A stretch of DNA of 61,854 nucleotides, filler included, from Choristocarpus tenellus KU-1152 (lineage: Eukaryota > Protista > Phaeophyceae), in the NCBI GenBank assembly GCA_964200185.2. It is 13 parts of 13 records of this genome, joined end to end, with 100 filler letters (N's around TTAATTAATTAA, not from the genome) between each part and the next. Parts side by side here need not be neighbours in the genome. Positions count along the whole stretch, not along the records: positions 34,600 to 38,191 come from CAXNAD020019067.1; positions 38,292 to 43,980 come from CAXNAD020009998.1; positions 44,081 to 49,758 come from CAXNAD020010039.1; positions 49,859 to 53,605 come from CAXNAD020018176.1; 9 more parts are not named here. One strand, written 5' to 3'. The notes below the pieces were generated by a model. That model saw only the letters and a program-made list of their open reading frames with translations. It did not search any database and had not been told where the DNA came from. Shown here one piece after another: positions 36,244 through 50,088 of this stretch. Position 1 is the first letter of the stretch, and every line of letters starts with the position of its first letter. The position numbers were made by a program, and so were the translations under genes.

Positions 36244-38103
36244 CTTTGCTCCACCCCTACTCCCTCCTCCTGGAACCTGAAGTGGTCCACAACCCTAGAG
36301 CTCTCCTCATCAAAGTCTACTCCACAGAGGGATGCGACAGCCCTAGCTGTTGGCCCCATGTCACACCCCCCGGCAAGCATCACATTGCCTGATAACATTT
36401 TGTTAAATTCTTTGTTAAAACTGATGAAAATTTAAAAAGAGGGCAAAGAAGGATATTGAAAAGATACTACAAAGTATGTATCATCCCAAATTCTTGTCAA
36501 CTCCATCGGGAACAGGTGGGTGTGGGTAGGGTTACCCAGAATATTAAATTAAGGAATATAGAACCTTTTGGGGGGGGATAGAGTAGAGATAGTGGATTAG
36601 CTTTAGACCAAAAGTGATTGAACATTAAACAATAATACACTATATAGAACGTATGTGTTCACTCATTTTTACCTACTGAACAAGAATAGCACATGGTATT
36701 TTTAATTTTTCCATGTCTACAAACACATAGATCCATTAATAATTATTCTTTTCCCACCAGCTTCAAAACATCTACACGCATCAAGAGCACCTGCTCAATG
36801 TCCATATATATATATACATATATATATATGCATACATATATCCAGATATTTTTTTTGCATTTTTCTAACAGCCCCAAAAGATCCCCAAGCGATCAAAACA
36901 CCTGTTTAAGCATGCGTATGTGTGTGTATGTTTGGGTGCACGTGCACACAAGCTGATCTGTACTACAACACAATACTTGCAAAAGTGAAAGGGCGCGCAA
37001 GAGAGAGAGAGAGAGAGAGACTTAATTCACTGCACATGCCAGTGTGCAAAATAGGAAGAGGACATTTCCATTGGCCCTGAAATAGTGACATAGTGAAATA
37101 GTGACACCACCATCATTAGACGCGGTTCTTCTTGACTTTCACCTCTTGTGGTCAATATGCAATGATTAATGTTTGCTGGGCCAGACACAGATAACATCCC
37201 TCACCACTGTCAGCGACCTCTAGCTGAGAGAGAGAGAGATCAACCAGCTCAGGCAGGAAATATGTAGCACTGATAAATTATATGTAATAAAAGAAAAAGA
37301 AACACTCTTCACCTCTGTATATACATCAAATTCCACTTCTAGGTACACTAAAATGTGCATTTGTCCCCCTCTCCTGGCATTATTGTTACGAAAGCCACCA
37401 TCCATTAAAGTACAGTGTTCCCACAATGATTTATTTACATCCTGCTTTTGCCATCACATTTACACTTTGAGATGATGAATTTAGAGCCATGGGAGAGGAA
37501 GGGCACTAAAAGAACAACAAATCCGCTACCAACATTCAGGACCATTGCTATACTGTTCCTTTATACCCAGTATATCTAATTCCTTTAGATAAAAATCATG
37601 ATAAATGTACAACACAGCAACCTCTGATGGTGACAAACCAAAGCAAGCAATTGTTGCAAAGGGCAAGCACTACCTTCAAATTTAAAGCACGGCCTGTTCA
37701 GACGAGTTACTGTTTCAAAACTACAGTACCTTACAGATTTCTTATCTGATAAGAGAGTAATACTAAGTTCGGTGCTCACTGATACACTGATACACTGATA
37801 TGCACAAGTTCTTGCGCTCGCTGCTTGCCACAATATGCCTTCCAAGTACTGCATGGTATTTGTTTTACATCCCATGACTGCTTGGACTCCGTAATAATGG
37901 ATCAATGAAGCAAGGATGTATAAAAAAGTTTTTTAACAAAAAGAGAACCAACAATCACTACACAAAGCATAAAAGTAGTCTGCACCACTGAGAGAGCTGG
38001 GAAGAGGGGAGAGGGAAGTACCCCAAAACAATCTCTATTGCTGCAATTCTTACCGCCTCCTTCAATGAACTCCATGATGTCATCCGTTGTCACCATGTCT
38101 CCC
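36244..38103 (-). CDS. DDOST: Internal fragment of oligosaccharyltransferase 48-kDa subunit (OST48/WBP1). Exons ~38103-38054 and 36388-36244
   Basis: Spliced peptide GDMVTTDDIMEFIEGG|GNVMLAGGCDMGPTARAVASLCGVDFDEESSRVVDHF resembles the OST48 segment FIDGGG.VLVA......R.L...CG.EFDE....VIDH. The intron is GTAAG...CAG with matching phase. Confidence 0.82.
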
Positions 38104-38121
38104 TTACCCCCCCCCCCCCCC

Positions 38122-38160
<39 letters not shown>

Positions 38161-41100
38161 CCCCCACCCCACCGGCTACCCACGCGCACCCNNNNNNNNN
38201 NNNNNNNNNNNNNNNNNNNNNNNNNNNNNNNNNNNTTAATTAATTAANNNNNNNNNNNNNNNNNNNNNNNNNNNNNNNNNNNNNNNNNNNNGGATTGGAG
38301 ATGAAGCTGGGCGATGGGAGCATGAGTGCAGTCAATTGATACATGTAGTTGGGAGGAAGGGGGGGGAGGTTCTCCTGAGATGTTTCTCGTCAACGGTATG
38401 GAGAAGTTGTAACATGCAATATATAGCAATCTTACTCCCGCTATCTCCAATCCTGTTGCCCTACCCACCTTCACGCACAATTATTCGTACTTGCAATGAT
38501 ATGTTGTGGTGCAACAGAAGTTGTAACGCTATTGCTACTACTGGCTGCTGAGGATTAAAGCACTGCTGTTGGAGCACATCCACCAAGCCCCGAACATATT
38601 ACTCCAAATGTGTCAAAGCATACTTGCATAGATTGGGCAGGAGGGGATAAGGTAGCAGCCAATGCTTGGTTTGACGAATCAACATTATCCGTAGCATTAG
38701 AGCAGAGAGTGCGTCTAGACTAACCGAGTGAACGTAGGCACTAGCTAGAAAAATTTGGAAGTGCCCACTATTTGTCTGGAAGGGTATAAACTCAACATGG
38801 CAAACATTTTACCCTTTCCCATGGGAGTACTCAGGCTGGCACAGAAGGGGCATACCTAGGAAATCGAAAATATCTTACGTTGCTGGGACTGCCACAGACA
38901 ATAGAGACCGCGGAACATCATTAATCATCTATTGTTGTCCCATACTCCAAAGTCTTGCTCTTGGTGCCCACCACATATTAAAAGTGCCGCCTCGTCATAA
39001 GGTAGGATAGTGACGCAAATATACAGCTGATGATTACCAATATCCCTAACCACCTTACCAATTGCACAATAAATCTGCGCAGCCTTGGCTCCTCCCAATT
39101 TTCCAATTCAGTGTCGTTAGTCGGCACTGAGACTAATGACAGCACCAAGACTTTCACAGACGAAAGTAAGAGTTTTTAGTGAGTGATTTGGTTATGCGGT
39201 TATGCCCTCTACTAAGGAGATCAAAAAATGAAAACATCGGGTAGAGGGAAGGGAAGGTTGCGGCGGGTAGGACAACACGTACCTCCCTAGGAAACCAACA
39301 CAGAAGTACGAGATGGGTATGGCAACATGACTTGGGCTTGTCATGCTAAGCTTGGGCAACTCTTCCTCCACCCATTGTGAATCATTGATGGAAGCATATC
39401 CTCGCCCTTTACCCACCTGTGATGAGGTTAGTAGAGATGATCGTGGAAACGAGGGACAACAGTCATGAGTATTGCTGACTAATCGATATGAACTTGGCAT
39501 TACGAGGCTCACTGCCACCAGTGTTGACTAAATGCCCACATTATATCGTGCAACATACTATTCCCCCTTTGCCGAAGATGAACCTCCCACTCTGCTCACC
39601 TGATAGACCAAACTAGTTGGCACGAACAAGACGACTTGCATGTGTTTCTGGTCTAATATTTAACTCGCTTACCTGCTGCTGGGTCAAGGGAAGCGTCATA
39701 TCTTGGCCTCCCAGTCGAAGGGCTTTGCGGTGTCACCAATACAAATTCAGTACAAATGCTCCCAAGGCAACACGTACCTTGAGAGCTGGGTCCACAGTGT
39801 CAAACACCCATCCTTACGGTTGTATTTTTGTGGGAGGTCAGTGACAAAACCAGGTACATATCTGCGATATATATATGAAGAAAAATGAGAAAATATTCAA
39901 AATTATGTACCTCTTTTTAGTCCTTCAAAATGCAAGTTGTCGTTGGGTGATATGACGTCGTAATTTGTACCTCTAGTTCCTTTTCTAAAAAGCACTTTTA
40001 TAAATGGGTGGCCGATATAGATTTATACATGGTGTGCACACGTGTGCGTGGGGTTGTGCTTCTTCTCCAACACCAACATCACAATATCGTAAGCTTGCAA
40101 AGCACATTCTCCACGCCTCCTCTACTTGCACCAGTCACATCATTCCTGTAAATAACATCACGAATAAAATAGACGATGGGTAGGTACAATTCTGCTCAAA
40201 ATATATACTATCAAATAAGAAGGGCAAACTCGGTCGAACGATATTGTGTCGTGGGACGAAATAGAGTTGGAGGTGGTCACCATCGGTTCCTCGTGAAGAA
40301 AACTCCTGATTTTACGATGTCGATGCCACCAATCCTTGAAACACACAAAAGGGAGGGTCGTTCCATACAATAATAGTTGATACAATCTCATAGACACACA
40401 CGACTGACTTCCGGCGTCGCAAGGACACCAACCTATGCAATCAATACGACTTCATCTTTCCGTGATTTAAATAACTTCGATTTAGGGAGTGTACCCACCC
40501 ATCACAATTGTAAACAATGCCTCTAAAGACATCATACTTTCAAGGATTGTTACCGAGGGTTCTTACCTCGCACTCTCGCTAATAGAATTATGATGGTGCC
40601 TTCAGAGAATGTAAAACTCATCTCGTTCTTACACTACTGCTAACTATTAAATCTTCAGCCAAACGATTTTGTTGCGAAATTGGAGATTTGATTGAGCCCA
40701 GTGAAATCGGAGCCTTCTTCGGTACTGTCATGAACAAAATGTCTGTCCGATCCATATTTTTCTTTGCTTTTCGTGAGAAATCGGCGACATGCTAGGAGGT
40801 GCCCAGCACCCAGCATACAGTTAGTAGGATCGTCCATAACATATCGAGGTAGTAAGTAGTGAGTGGTGATGCAATATAGCCTATGGTCAATGGTACCCCA
40901 CTCCATTGTTGATTGGTGCCACTACCCACAAACGAATGGCAGGTCACATTTTCTGTGAAGGATGTGTAGGAGGATGCTATACAACCTACATGTTTAGGAA
41001 GCAACTGCAACTACCGTGGAGTGCCCAGGTTTGAACCGCTGATATAGAGACAAGATTTTCGTTGCAGGAAATTCGACTTCAATGGACCACGTGGCAAGTG

Positions 41101-41597
41101 CAATGAGAAAGTACACCTGCAACCTTAATATCTTCCCCGCTAAACACCACAAAAAGAGACACGAGAAAAAAACGATCTTGGTGTCAAAGATTTCTGGAGG
41201 TGGAGGGAGTATACACCAAATTTGAGGAAGGAGACAGAGTGACTAGGGGTGGGATGGCTGAGCGCAACAAGCAAGAAAAAAGAAGGATATATGGGGTAGT
41301 CCAATTAGTTGTAATGCAACAGGTGGTTCGTAGGGCATAATAAATAGTGTAGTAGTAGTGTCAAAATCCAATCTTCTCACAATAAGGTAAAATAATAAGA
41401 AATATGGTACGTTAGACATTGTGTGTATATTTACATATATGCCTTAAAATGGTACCTTTACTGTACCTCAAAATATATCAGAATAGGGTCCTTCACAAAA
41501 ACTCATGTCTCCTACACGATCTTACACAATATACAAGCGAGATTCATTTTGGTAGGAATTTATTTTCCCTTAAGATCGTGTCGTGGGGCTGTTGACT

Positions 41598-43271
41598 ATG
41601 TCGGCGTTGTCTTGGATGACAATTTTGGGGGGTAGTGCCGTAGCGGCTTTCGTGTCTTGGATGGCTTATGAAACCGGGGATCATTTCGCCTGGCACCCCT
41701 TCCTCATGTCGGTGGGCCCTTTGGCGGTGAGCGCGGCATCCATATACGCCATTCGGACTCGCAAGGCCATATCGAAGCCCAAGGGGAGAATATGGCGGGT
41801 GAAGGTGAGACCTGATATGGGTCGGTCGAATGGCATCTCATGTCAGGCAGAAATCGAGGGTACTTCATCTCAATCCTTCCAATGTTCCAGCCCAACAAAC
41901 AAATTCATCGTATGCTGTAGTAAACACTCGTGGTTGTTTTGCACGACTACAGATTCACAGCTTCCTGTTTAATTTAGCAACCCTGATGATGGCTGGAGGT
42001 TTTTATGCTATCTACACCTTCAAGTCCTCCAAGGGCAAGGAACACTACACCTCATGGCACTCTTGGCTGGGACTTGCGGCCTTGGTCCTCATGTTGGCAT
42101 CTTGGGTAACAGCAATGTTGAATACGGTTGATGTTCAGGGAAGGAGATTAAGGTGGCTGTGGTTTTCGAGAAACCATAGGTAGGTGCCTACTTTGTTATA
42201 CCTCTATTTATTGGATTGGGAGATAACCTTGTGCAATTTTCATCCTCAAGAAACGGTCGTGGTAATCTCCAACTCCTCTATAGCTGTATCCACGTTTTAA
42301 AATGGGTGTATGTAGTGACTTAGATTGATACTGCAGCAGTCGAGTCCTTGTTTATTTGCTTTATTGGATTGTGTTGATATGTTCTTCGACTAAGCGACCC
42401 TTTTAAGTTCAACGAAAATACACAAACTTACACACGTATCACTTCCAGGTGCACACACCTCTAAAATGTCAATTCCACTTTCCTATCACCACGGTTGCTG
42501 AGCATGTCCAAGTCTTGGCTCACTGTTCTGAATAAGCATTTCGTGCTGGATTGCTTGTGTTGAATGTACTTTTAGATATGCAGAACAAAAAGGATGCTGG
42601 GTGAAAAGGCACTGTCAATAGTTGCATAACTCAAAATGAATACAGTTTCAGATTGGTTGGTCGCTTTTCACCAGGAGATTTTTTTTGTGTGCAAGTACCT
42701 GTTGGTTCTTGGGTTATGTGGAACAGGTACTTTTTATATTCTGCATTGCTGAGTTTATTATGCAGCAATTCGTACCACAGACCCCTGACTGTTGGCATGG
42801 TGCTTGTGCAAGTATTTGTAATTGAAGCATATGCCCAGCTCTCAAAAATGTGTGTGGCAGAGTGAACAGTTTTGTGAGATGTTTCAGTCACATAGGTTTG
42901 CAACAACTTACTTACCATGTTCAGGCTATGAACTACACAGCTTGGTATCAGACTACTTACAGGTTGTACTAAGAGTCTGTTTACAACTCGTCCATATATG
43001 TATATATATATATATATTTAACTGGACTAGCTCTTCTGTGTGCATTAGTATATCTTTGTGTGAAATCCCACCCTTCTGCTCTCCCTTCCAAAGGTGGCTT
43101 GGCATAGCAGCCTATGTTGTCAGTCTTGGGGCTGTTATCACCGGCTTTCGCAGCAACTGGGGAGTGTACAAATTTGGAAGGACTGGGACTTGGGCACTCA
43201 CAGCCGAAGTGCTCATTGTGGGCTGTGGGGTCTTGCTACTGGGAATAGCAAGGAAAAAAAATAATCAATAG
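41598..43271 (+). CDS. Cytochrome b561 domain-containing transmembrane reductase (CYB561D-like), complete. Exons 41598-41804, 41953-42179, 43094-43271
   Basis: Four heme-ligand His motifs (FAWHPFLM, IH, HYTSWHSWLG, NHR|WLG), hydrophobic helices, and phase-compatible GT-AG introns. Confidence 0.92.
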
Positions 43272-44080
43272 GTAGGTGTTTTCGCCTTGAAAAGTGTAAG
43301 AAGATAACGGCATGGAAGGCGAGATCTGGTGGTTATTCAAGTGGCATGGAGAGAGCCTGGACATTCAACTCAACTTCCCATAGCCCTTGCTTATTATTGT
43401 TTCAGACAAGACAAGGGATTCATATAGGTGGGGGTGTAGGGCTCATCGTTTTTTTTGTGGGCACGTATATGGGTAGGACGACAGCCCACGTGTTAATGTT
43501 AAAGGAGATCCAAGCAATTCGAGGATGTTAGTCTTGAAGGAGATCCAAGCCACTCTTGACCTACTGATGAACAGCACTTCCATCCAAACGTACTCTGGAT
43601 GATTTCGGATTGCCTGCTTGCAGGTTGCTATACACAACTTACAATATTATTTTTGTTTTTTTATTGTGAAGCGAAGACTGTTTATACTCTTTCGAAGGAC
43701 TTCAACTTGCTTTTTTTTGGAGGAGAGAGGGAGAGGCGTTTTCGTTTTCGTTTTCTTTCCGTGCGCTTGAAGAATCCATGCTCCGAAGTAACTGGCTGTC
43801 TGTTGCGGGGTAGTCGCTGCAACCTAAATGGAACAGTGGTGAACTGCTCGATCTCCAAAAGAATCTACGGGTGGAACCATCCTGGTGAGAATGTGTATAT
43901 GGGTCAAAGTATCGGGGGGGGGGGGGGGGGGGGGGGGCGTCCGCTTTTCCCCCCTTTTTTCCTTTTTTCTTTTTTTTTTGNNNNNNNNNNNNNNNNNNNN
44001 NNNNNNNNNNNNNNNNNNNNNNNNTTAATTAATTAANNNNNNNNNNNNNNNNNNNNNNNNNNNNNNNNNNNNNNNNNNNN

Positions 44081-44172
44081 CTGATGTATGCAACCAAATC
44101 ACCTAAAAATCGGGACATGAAAAAATTGACCCCAAATGGACAGCCGTCACCCCCTCCCAGATACTTTGAGCC
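44081..44172. mobile_element. MITE subfamily B, partial copy at contig start
   Basis: ...GACCCCAAATGGACAGCC...CCCAGATACTTTGAGCC. Other partial ends lie at about 4440-4471, 11296-11326, 30274-30299, 43901-43945, 49713-49758 and 53706-53732. Confidence 0.85.
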
Positions 44173-45928
44173 AAACGAATATGGTTTATTGCTTTCAGCC
44201 ATTTGGAATATTGTAGGTCAATTGCATTTTATTTATTCTTTCCATTGAGGTTTTATTTGTCTTCTGTTGCATAAGGAAGCCAATCTGTGTACGGATTTGT
44301 CACATGTCGATGAGCTGATTCATGTTTGGAGTTGTTTATTTGAAGAGAATCGATGATGCCTGGAGCTAAGGGATACTAAGCGTCAAAAGGTCATCTGATT
44401 TCCGTCTGATATCTCAGTATACATTGATCATCATCAGCCCATCTCTGTGTACACGATCAGTTTTAGTCTGATACATCGCTAAACTATAAAATATCTTTTT
44501 GAGCACGTACTGAGTCCTGGGCTTATTGACCTTTTTCCCATCACTTTTGTGCTACTGAATATTGATGCCGCTACTCCATCTCCACAAGGTGGGTATCACA
44601 ATGGTTGTAACAATTTATCCATGAACTCTTCGGTGCAAACATAGTTGTCTTGTACATTAATCAGATGCTTAGTAATGTGTTCTGGTGACAGTGACCGCAC
44701 ACACATGGCACTGATATTGTTGACTAGGAGTACTTCGTACTGCACATACACATTAATACCTCCCTCTGTTGTTACCAGTCAACAAACACTTAAATGTGAT
44801 GTGCAATGATGTGTGTCTCTAAATAGATCTATATGATCTAATCGGAGCATGAGGGATTATGGACAGACTTGATGTACGTCCTGAATAACATGTTTGTGTA
44901 CACTATTATTGGACACCGTAAATACTATGTCGGAGAAGCAAACTTGGCTGGATTCACAGCAAATACATTGATCGATCGAACACCACCTGTTGGTGGTGAA
45001 AGGAACGAGCATTGCTAGAAGGTGGAGACTCGCAACCTGGCAAACTTGAAAGGATTAAGGTCCGACGTATCTCTTGAAGAATATTAGGTCGAGAAGAAGA
45101 ATAAACAAGAAATTTATAGGTAGAAATATTATCTTCTATTTCTTCACATCTACATTTTGTACCCCAGGTTTTCCTCCATGCACACCCACAAACCCCAAAG
45201 ACTTCCAATCTTCTAGCCTATTTGTGCTAACCAGACTAAGGACGAGCAACTCTTAGGTTACCTCCATATCCCTCATTACAACCATCATTCATGGATCTCT
45301 TAGTTGCTCGAGAGTGAGCATTTCTCGTGACCTTTAGTTTGCAGAATGTTGTCACATGGGTTGCCTTTACAAGGATCAGTCAGCTTAAACTCTTGCATAG
45401 ATCGAGTTCTACCATAAATATGGCATTAGGCAAGATCACTGGTCACCTATCTGATTTCTGGCAATGACTATTGGCCGTTAGTACTTGTTCTCAAGTAACT
45501 GGATCATCATAGACGTTTGTTGTGCCGTGGGACTAACAATGGAAAAATCACGGAGTCCCTCACATTTACCGACCGGGAAAAAGTAGTTCTATGTAGTCGA
45601 GGGGGATTATGATCAATTGATTATTGGACATGAAAGAAAAAAAATAGTGTATAGTAGGTGTTGCCTCTAGTACTTGACGGATAGAATTGGTCGTACTCAC
45701 ATAAATATTACAGACTCAAAATGTTCATTGTAGTGAGAGCAGGGTCCTTGGGAAGTCTAGACTAGACAAGGGGTTGCCCTCCTCTCTATGAAGTAGGGTT
45801 GAAACAAATTGTGTTGTTATACAACGTATTGTCACGTGTATTGAAGTACGCCATAGCACATTTTTCGTAACCGCCAATTTGGATGCTCAGACACAAAATT
45901 CTCCCAACATACAATCGTTGTAACACCT

Positions 45929-48536
45929 ATGTACATCGGTGCATGGACAGAGTACCGACTGTCCCAGGAAAAGAGAGCTGCGGCGCTCAACAATAGGGGC
46001 GTTGGGCCGAATGATAAATGCCGCAAGCCAAGACCAGGAGCTGGAATCTATCACCCCTGCGCCACCTCAAAAGCTGGTCAAACCGTATCTCTTGCAGAGG
46101 AGGTGCGAGTACCAGACAGGGAAAGCTTTCGTGCCTCCTTAGAGTCAACTCTTAACTCGAACTTGGCAGCTGATGATGCTGAGCACATTTCACGAGCACT
46201 CGAACCGCTACTTCAGCGTTTGCCCCTCGAGAATGTCTTCATTGCACCCGAAGGTAGGAGACCTCGTCAACGTCGTAGGGGCTTGAGAGGATACGGAAGA
46301 AACCTCGCTCGAGCAGAAACTCGATCCGTGCAACTGCCCAACACGCCCTGCAGCGAGCGGTCAGCATTTTCTTCAGCAAGTGAACCTCTGGCGGGGAGAC
46401 GCCTTGAGCTCTTGGGTTGGGTTCCTAAGGCGGTAACACATGGGCCTGGGCATCAGCAGCAGAGTGTCGGGGGGCAACAGATTGTTGTGCGAAAACGTCA
46501 GATTCGACCAGCAGATAGTTCCCCTCCTTCACTGTGCCTTGGCAAGCGCACCGAGATGCATAGGAGCTTGTATTCCGACCTGACCTGCCGAAAAAATATC
46601 TTTCCTACATCTCAGGGAGGGCGGCAAGAAGAATCGCCGCCATTTGATGGGGAGATGGCAGCCACAATTCTGCGTGCGGCAAGGAGTCGTGACCCTGCTG
46701 GTGTGAAGCCTGACTTCAGTCAGTTCTGGAGATGGAGGGGTCGAGAATCTGCCTCAAAATCAGCTCTAGCCCCTGGTCAACAACCCAATCCAGTCTCAGT
46801 CCGAGTCCCACTTCAAGCCTCTGGTCAGACTCCCAGTCCACCCCCAGTAACAGGCATGCTGCCTTTCTCTACGCCTGGAAATTCAGCAACAATAAATTCC
46901 ACGGACAAATCCACACGATGCAAAAAATCGGTAGTACGCCGAATCGATAGTACAGGAGATGCTTGTCAGAGGGTAACTCAGGTGGAAAATATGAGGAAGG
47001 TCTATGTCGCAAGAGGGACGGCAGACCTACAGGATCAAGAATGTGAGAGAAGGAGTATCCCACTCCTCGAAACTGGCAGGAATTGTTCCCCCCAGCATGC
47101 AAAATCGCCTCATCGATATTCAGGATCTCTTTCTCCTGGCTTACAACCCACATTGTGCCCAACAAGGCCTGAAGGGGCCAAGCCTGTAGCACCACAGAAT
47201 ACCCAAGGTTCTGTGCACAGTTCAAGCCCTCCAGAGAAGGTTACTGTTTGCCAAACTAATGATTGTGTTGGAGGCGAGGATTGGACCCAGAGCACATTTC
47301 AGGATAACTCCGAGCAAAAAGCTTGGGACTGTCACCCACAGACGGCTGTCCCAGATCTCGTACTTACGGCAAGCAGGGTCGACCAGGTTCAGAAATATTT
47401 TGGGAGCAAGCAAGCGCCTATACAGGTGAGGATTTCATCTATGACAGACAGGTGGCAGATACTCCAGGATGAGATACACTGGAGAGAGAGAGAGAGAGAG
47501 AGAGAAACAACTCTTCCTCAACAAACTTACCCAAAAATATGAGCCAAATTATCTTAGAGGGGAAGGTCGTGTCCATTTGGGGGGCAACATCCAATGTTGC
47601 GATTTTGATGTGATTTGGCTGTTGTGTTTGTTAGGAAGTGTCAATATCCTTGTTCCGGCCAACCTTTTCATAATGTATACATTTTACCTACGCCTAAACA
47701 TTTTGGAGTAGGAAAATGTAATTAAAAAAACCATGGGAAGCCAAGTCCCAAATGGACAAACAGGTCAAAACTCGTACCATCTAAGATACGTTCACTCATA
47801 TTTGAGTGACTGCTTCTAATTGTTGAATGTGAAACATTTTGTCCCAAGGGCAGGGTGAACAAACCCTAGAATAGAAGGCAATTTCAGAACCATTGTCAAT
47901 TATTTACTTCGTAATTAACACTGGAAGTGTATTCTAGTACAGCTCGTATTCCTCAGCTAGACAGTACATCGATGGACAGATAGATCCAGGTTACCTCATT
48001 ATTCCTCCTTTCAAAACACATTTTTCTTAAACTAAATTGTTGTAGTTTATTACCAACATATATTGTAGTAACCTGTTTGATGAAGTGAGTGTAGGACCTG
48101 TGTCTGCCAATCTTGTAAATATTTGTGTGGTACTTGTCAAAGCCCACCATTCAAATCGCTTGCAGTTTCTGCAGCAATCGCGCTCACAGACCCCCCTTGC
48201 CCCTACCTTTCTCACTCACACCATCCTGCTTGTGCAAAGGAACAAACTCTTGTCAAAAAGGAGCAAACATTAATTTCAACATCGGTTTCAACCAGTGAAA
48301 CTGCACTGGGAGTTGAGACTGACCGACCAAATGTACTTGAAAATGAGCGGTTTCATCCTCAAGTAGAGAATAGGAGGAAGGCGCCTCTGCTTGCTATGGA
48401 TCCATTACCTTTTGTCCAGTCCTTGCCGCTATCCAGTCCTTTGACTCAGCTTAAAGGAGACCAGGCATGGAGTGTCGATGAGCTTGTAGGTTGGACCAAA
48501 CAGCTTGACTTTGAAGCTGCCATCCAAGGATACTGA
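45929..48536 (+). CDS. Hypothetical, largely disordered protein (~597 aa). Exons 45929-47425 and 48240-48536
   Basis: A 499-codon open first exon ends in CAG|GTGAG, with a phase-0 acceptor after a pyrimidine tract. It starts MYIGAWTEYRL and ends VDELVGWTKQLDFE. Confidence 0.78.
47541..47797 (-). mobile_element. MITE subfamily A, intronic (TSD ATAT)
   Basis: GAGCCAAATTATCTTAGAGGG...CTAAGATACGTTCACTC, flanked by ATAT/ATAT. Confidence 0.9.
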
Positions 48537-49908
48537 TTTCATTTCCAGGCTAGTTGAGGCCAGTGCAATTCACGGCACTGACTGGTGGCTTTTGACTGGC
48601 ATTTCAGTTGTCCTTTCCCCTGCGTAGCAAGGTGAGGAATACATTCTTGGATGGAGGCTTACTTCTTGGCAGAACTACGTGTTCTTTTGCGCCAACACAT
48701 AAGACCTCTACTCCTTCTTCTTGTGGCAATGCTGTGTCTCGCGGCCTATGCTGTTCTCTGGGTCACACATTTATTTACTCCTTGTTGAAGATTTAATTTA
48801 ATTAAGCTATTTTCCCCTCAAGGAGACTTCCACACTTCCGGTTTGCTTGGTATATTGATTAAATAATAGTATTTTCGTTACTGTTGAAGTACATCTGAAG
48901 ACCTGGAGTACAAACCAACGCCTTCAAGAGGTAGTGACAGACTTTGGCGGACGACCAAGGGAGATTATTGATCTCTCTCGCCTTTCTGAGGTCATTGGTA
49001 TGCAGGTGGAGTCCCTGTTTTGTACCGAGAGTTGTAAATGAAACACATCACCTATCCCTAACCCCGAGGCAGTTTGGAATGGATTGGCATATATTTATTT
49101 TTTTATCACTATTTCGGCTGGCCTTCACTACAGTTACTTGTTCGCATTGGGCGATTGTAGTGGCATGTTCAAATATATTGTAGATATTCCTCATTTCCTA
49201 TGAGCCCTGTACTGATTGGTAATGTCTGGCTCTGAATTATATTACCATAATGTTGGATGCACTAAGCAGCAGACATTGTCCCTCTTTAAAAACAAAACAA
49301 AAAAAAGAATGGAGAATGGTGCCAATGACACAATAATATAGAGAGGGGCAGCGAACATAGAAAAATAACGTAGTCCGGAGTATTTACTGAAATTAATACT
49401 ATGTAGTATATGTTAGTCAAATTGGGCTAATGGGGATGCATTTGATCGACAACCTTCCCGACATGGTGTCGGTGCTATAATAGTAAAGGTTCTATGGGGG
49501 GGGGGTCAGTTTGACTGACAGTGGAATATAATGCACACGCAGGACAACTCGAAATATTTGAGTTTGACTCTCTCACAGACCAATCAATCACCCTACAAGA
49601 CTACTTAAGGTATGCCATCAAACAGAGTTGGACATTCATCCGTCACACCTGTAGCTGTTGATTGATCCTTTTTGTGCATAAGTTGATCTCACTGAGTTGT
49701 ACTATATAGTACAGGGTCAAAGTATCTGGGGGGGGGGGGGGGCGTCGGCGTCCGTTTTNNNNNNNNNNNNNNNNNNNNNNNNNNNNNNNNNNNNNNNNNN
49801 NNTTAATTAATTAANNNNNNNNNNNNNNNNNNNNNNNNNNNNNNNNNNNNNNNNNNNNTTTTTTTTACTGTCGCACAATGACAATTTTGGTTCTTTGGCG
49901 CTTCTTGT

Positions 49909-50088
49909 GGGCCAAAAGTATGGGGGGGGGGGGGGGAGGGTCTACACCAGGGTGTCCATTCGGGCCCTGATCAAGAGTAGTACACATACATCACCCATCC
50001 AACGCATGCAACCAAATCACCCAAAATCGCGACATTGAAAAATGGGCCCTGGATGGACAGCCGCCACCCCCCCCAGATAATTTGAGCC
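49909..50088. mobile_element. MITE subfamily B (180 bp, TSD TGT)
   Basis: Homologous to 17656-17836, flanked by TGT/TGT. Confidence 0.85.

Noticed and set aside
37902-38247. Poly-Gly and poly-Pro ORFs
   Set aside because: They derive from a G/C homopolymer at a contig end. Only the short OST48 exon within is credible.
40792-41010. GVP...SPL..YYLD as a non-LTR RT motif
   Set aside because: The similarity is weak and no flanking RT motifs were found.
30400-43271. FCP, OST48 and cytochrome b561 as a functional cluster
   Set aside because: They are on three different contigs separated by artificial spacers.
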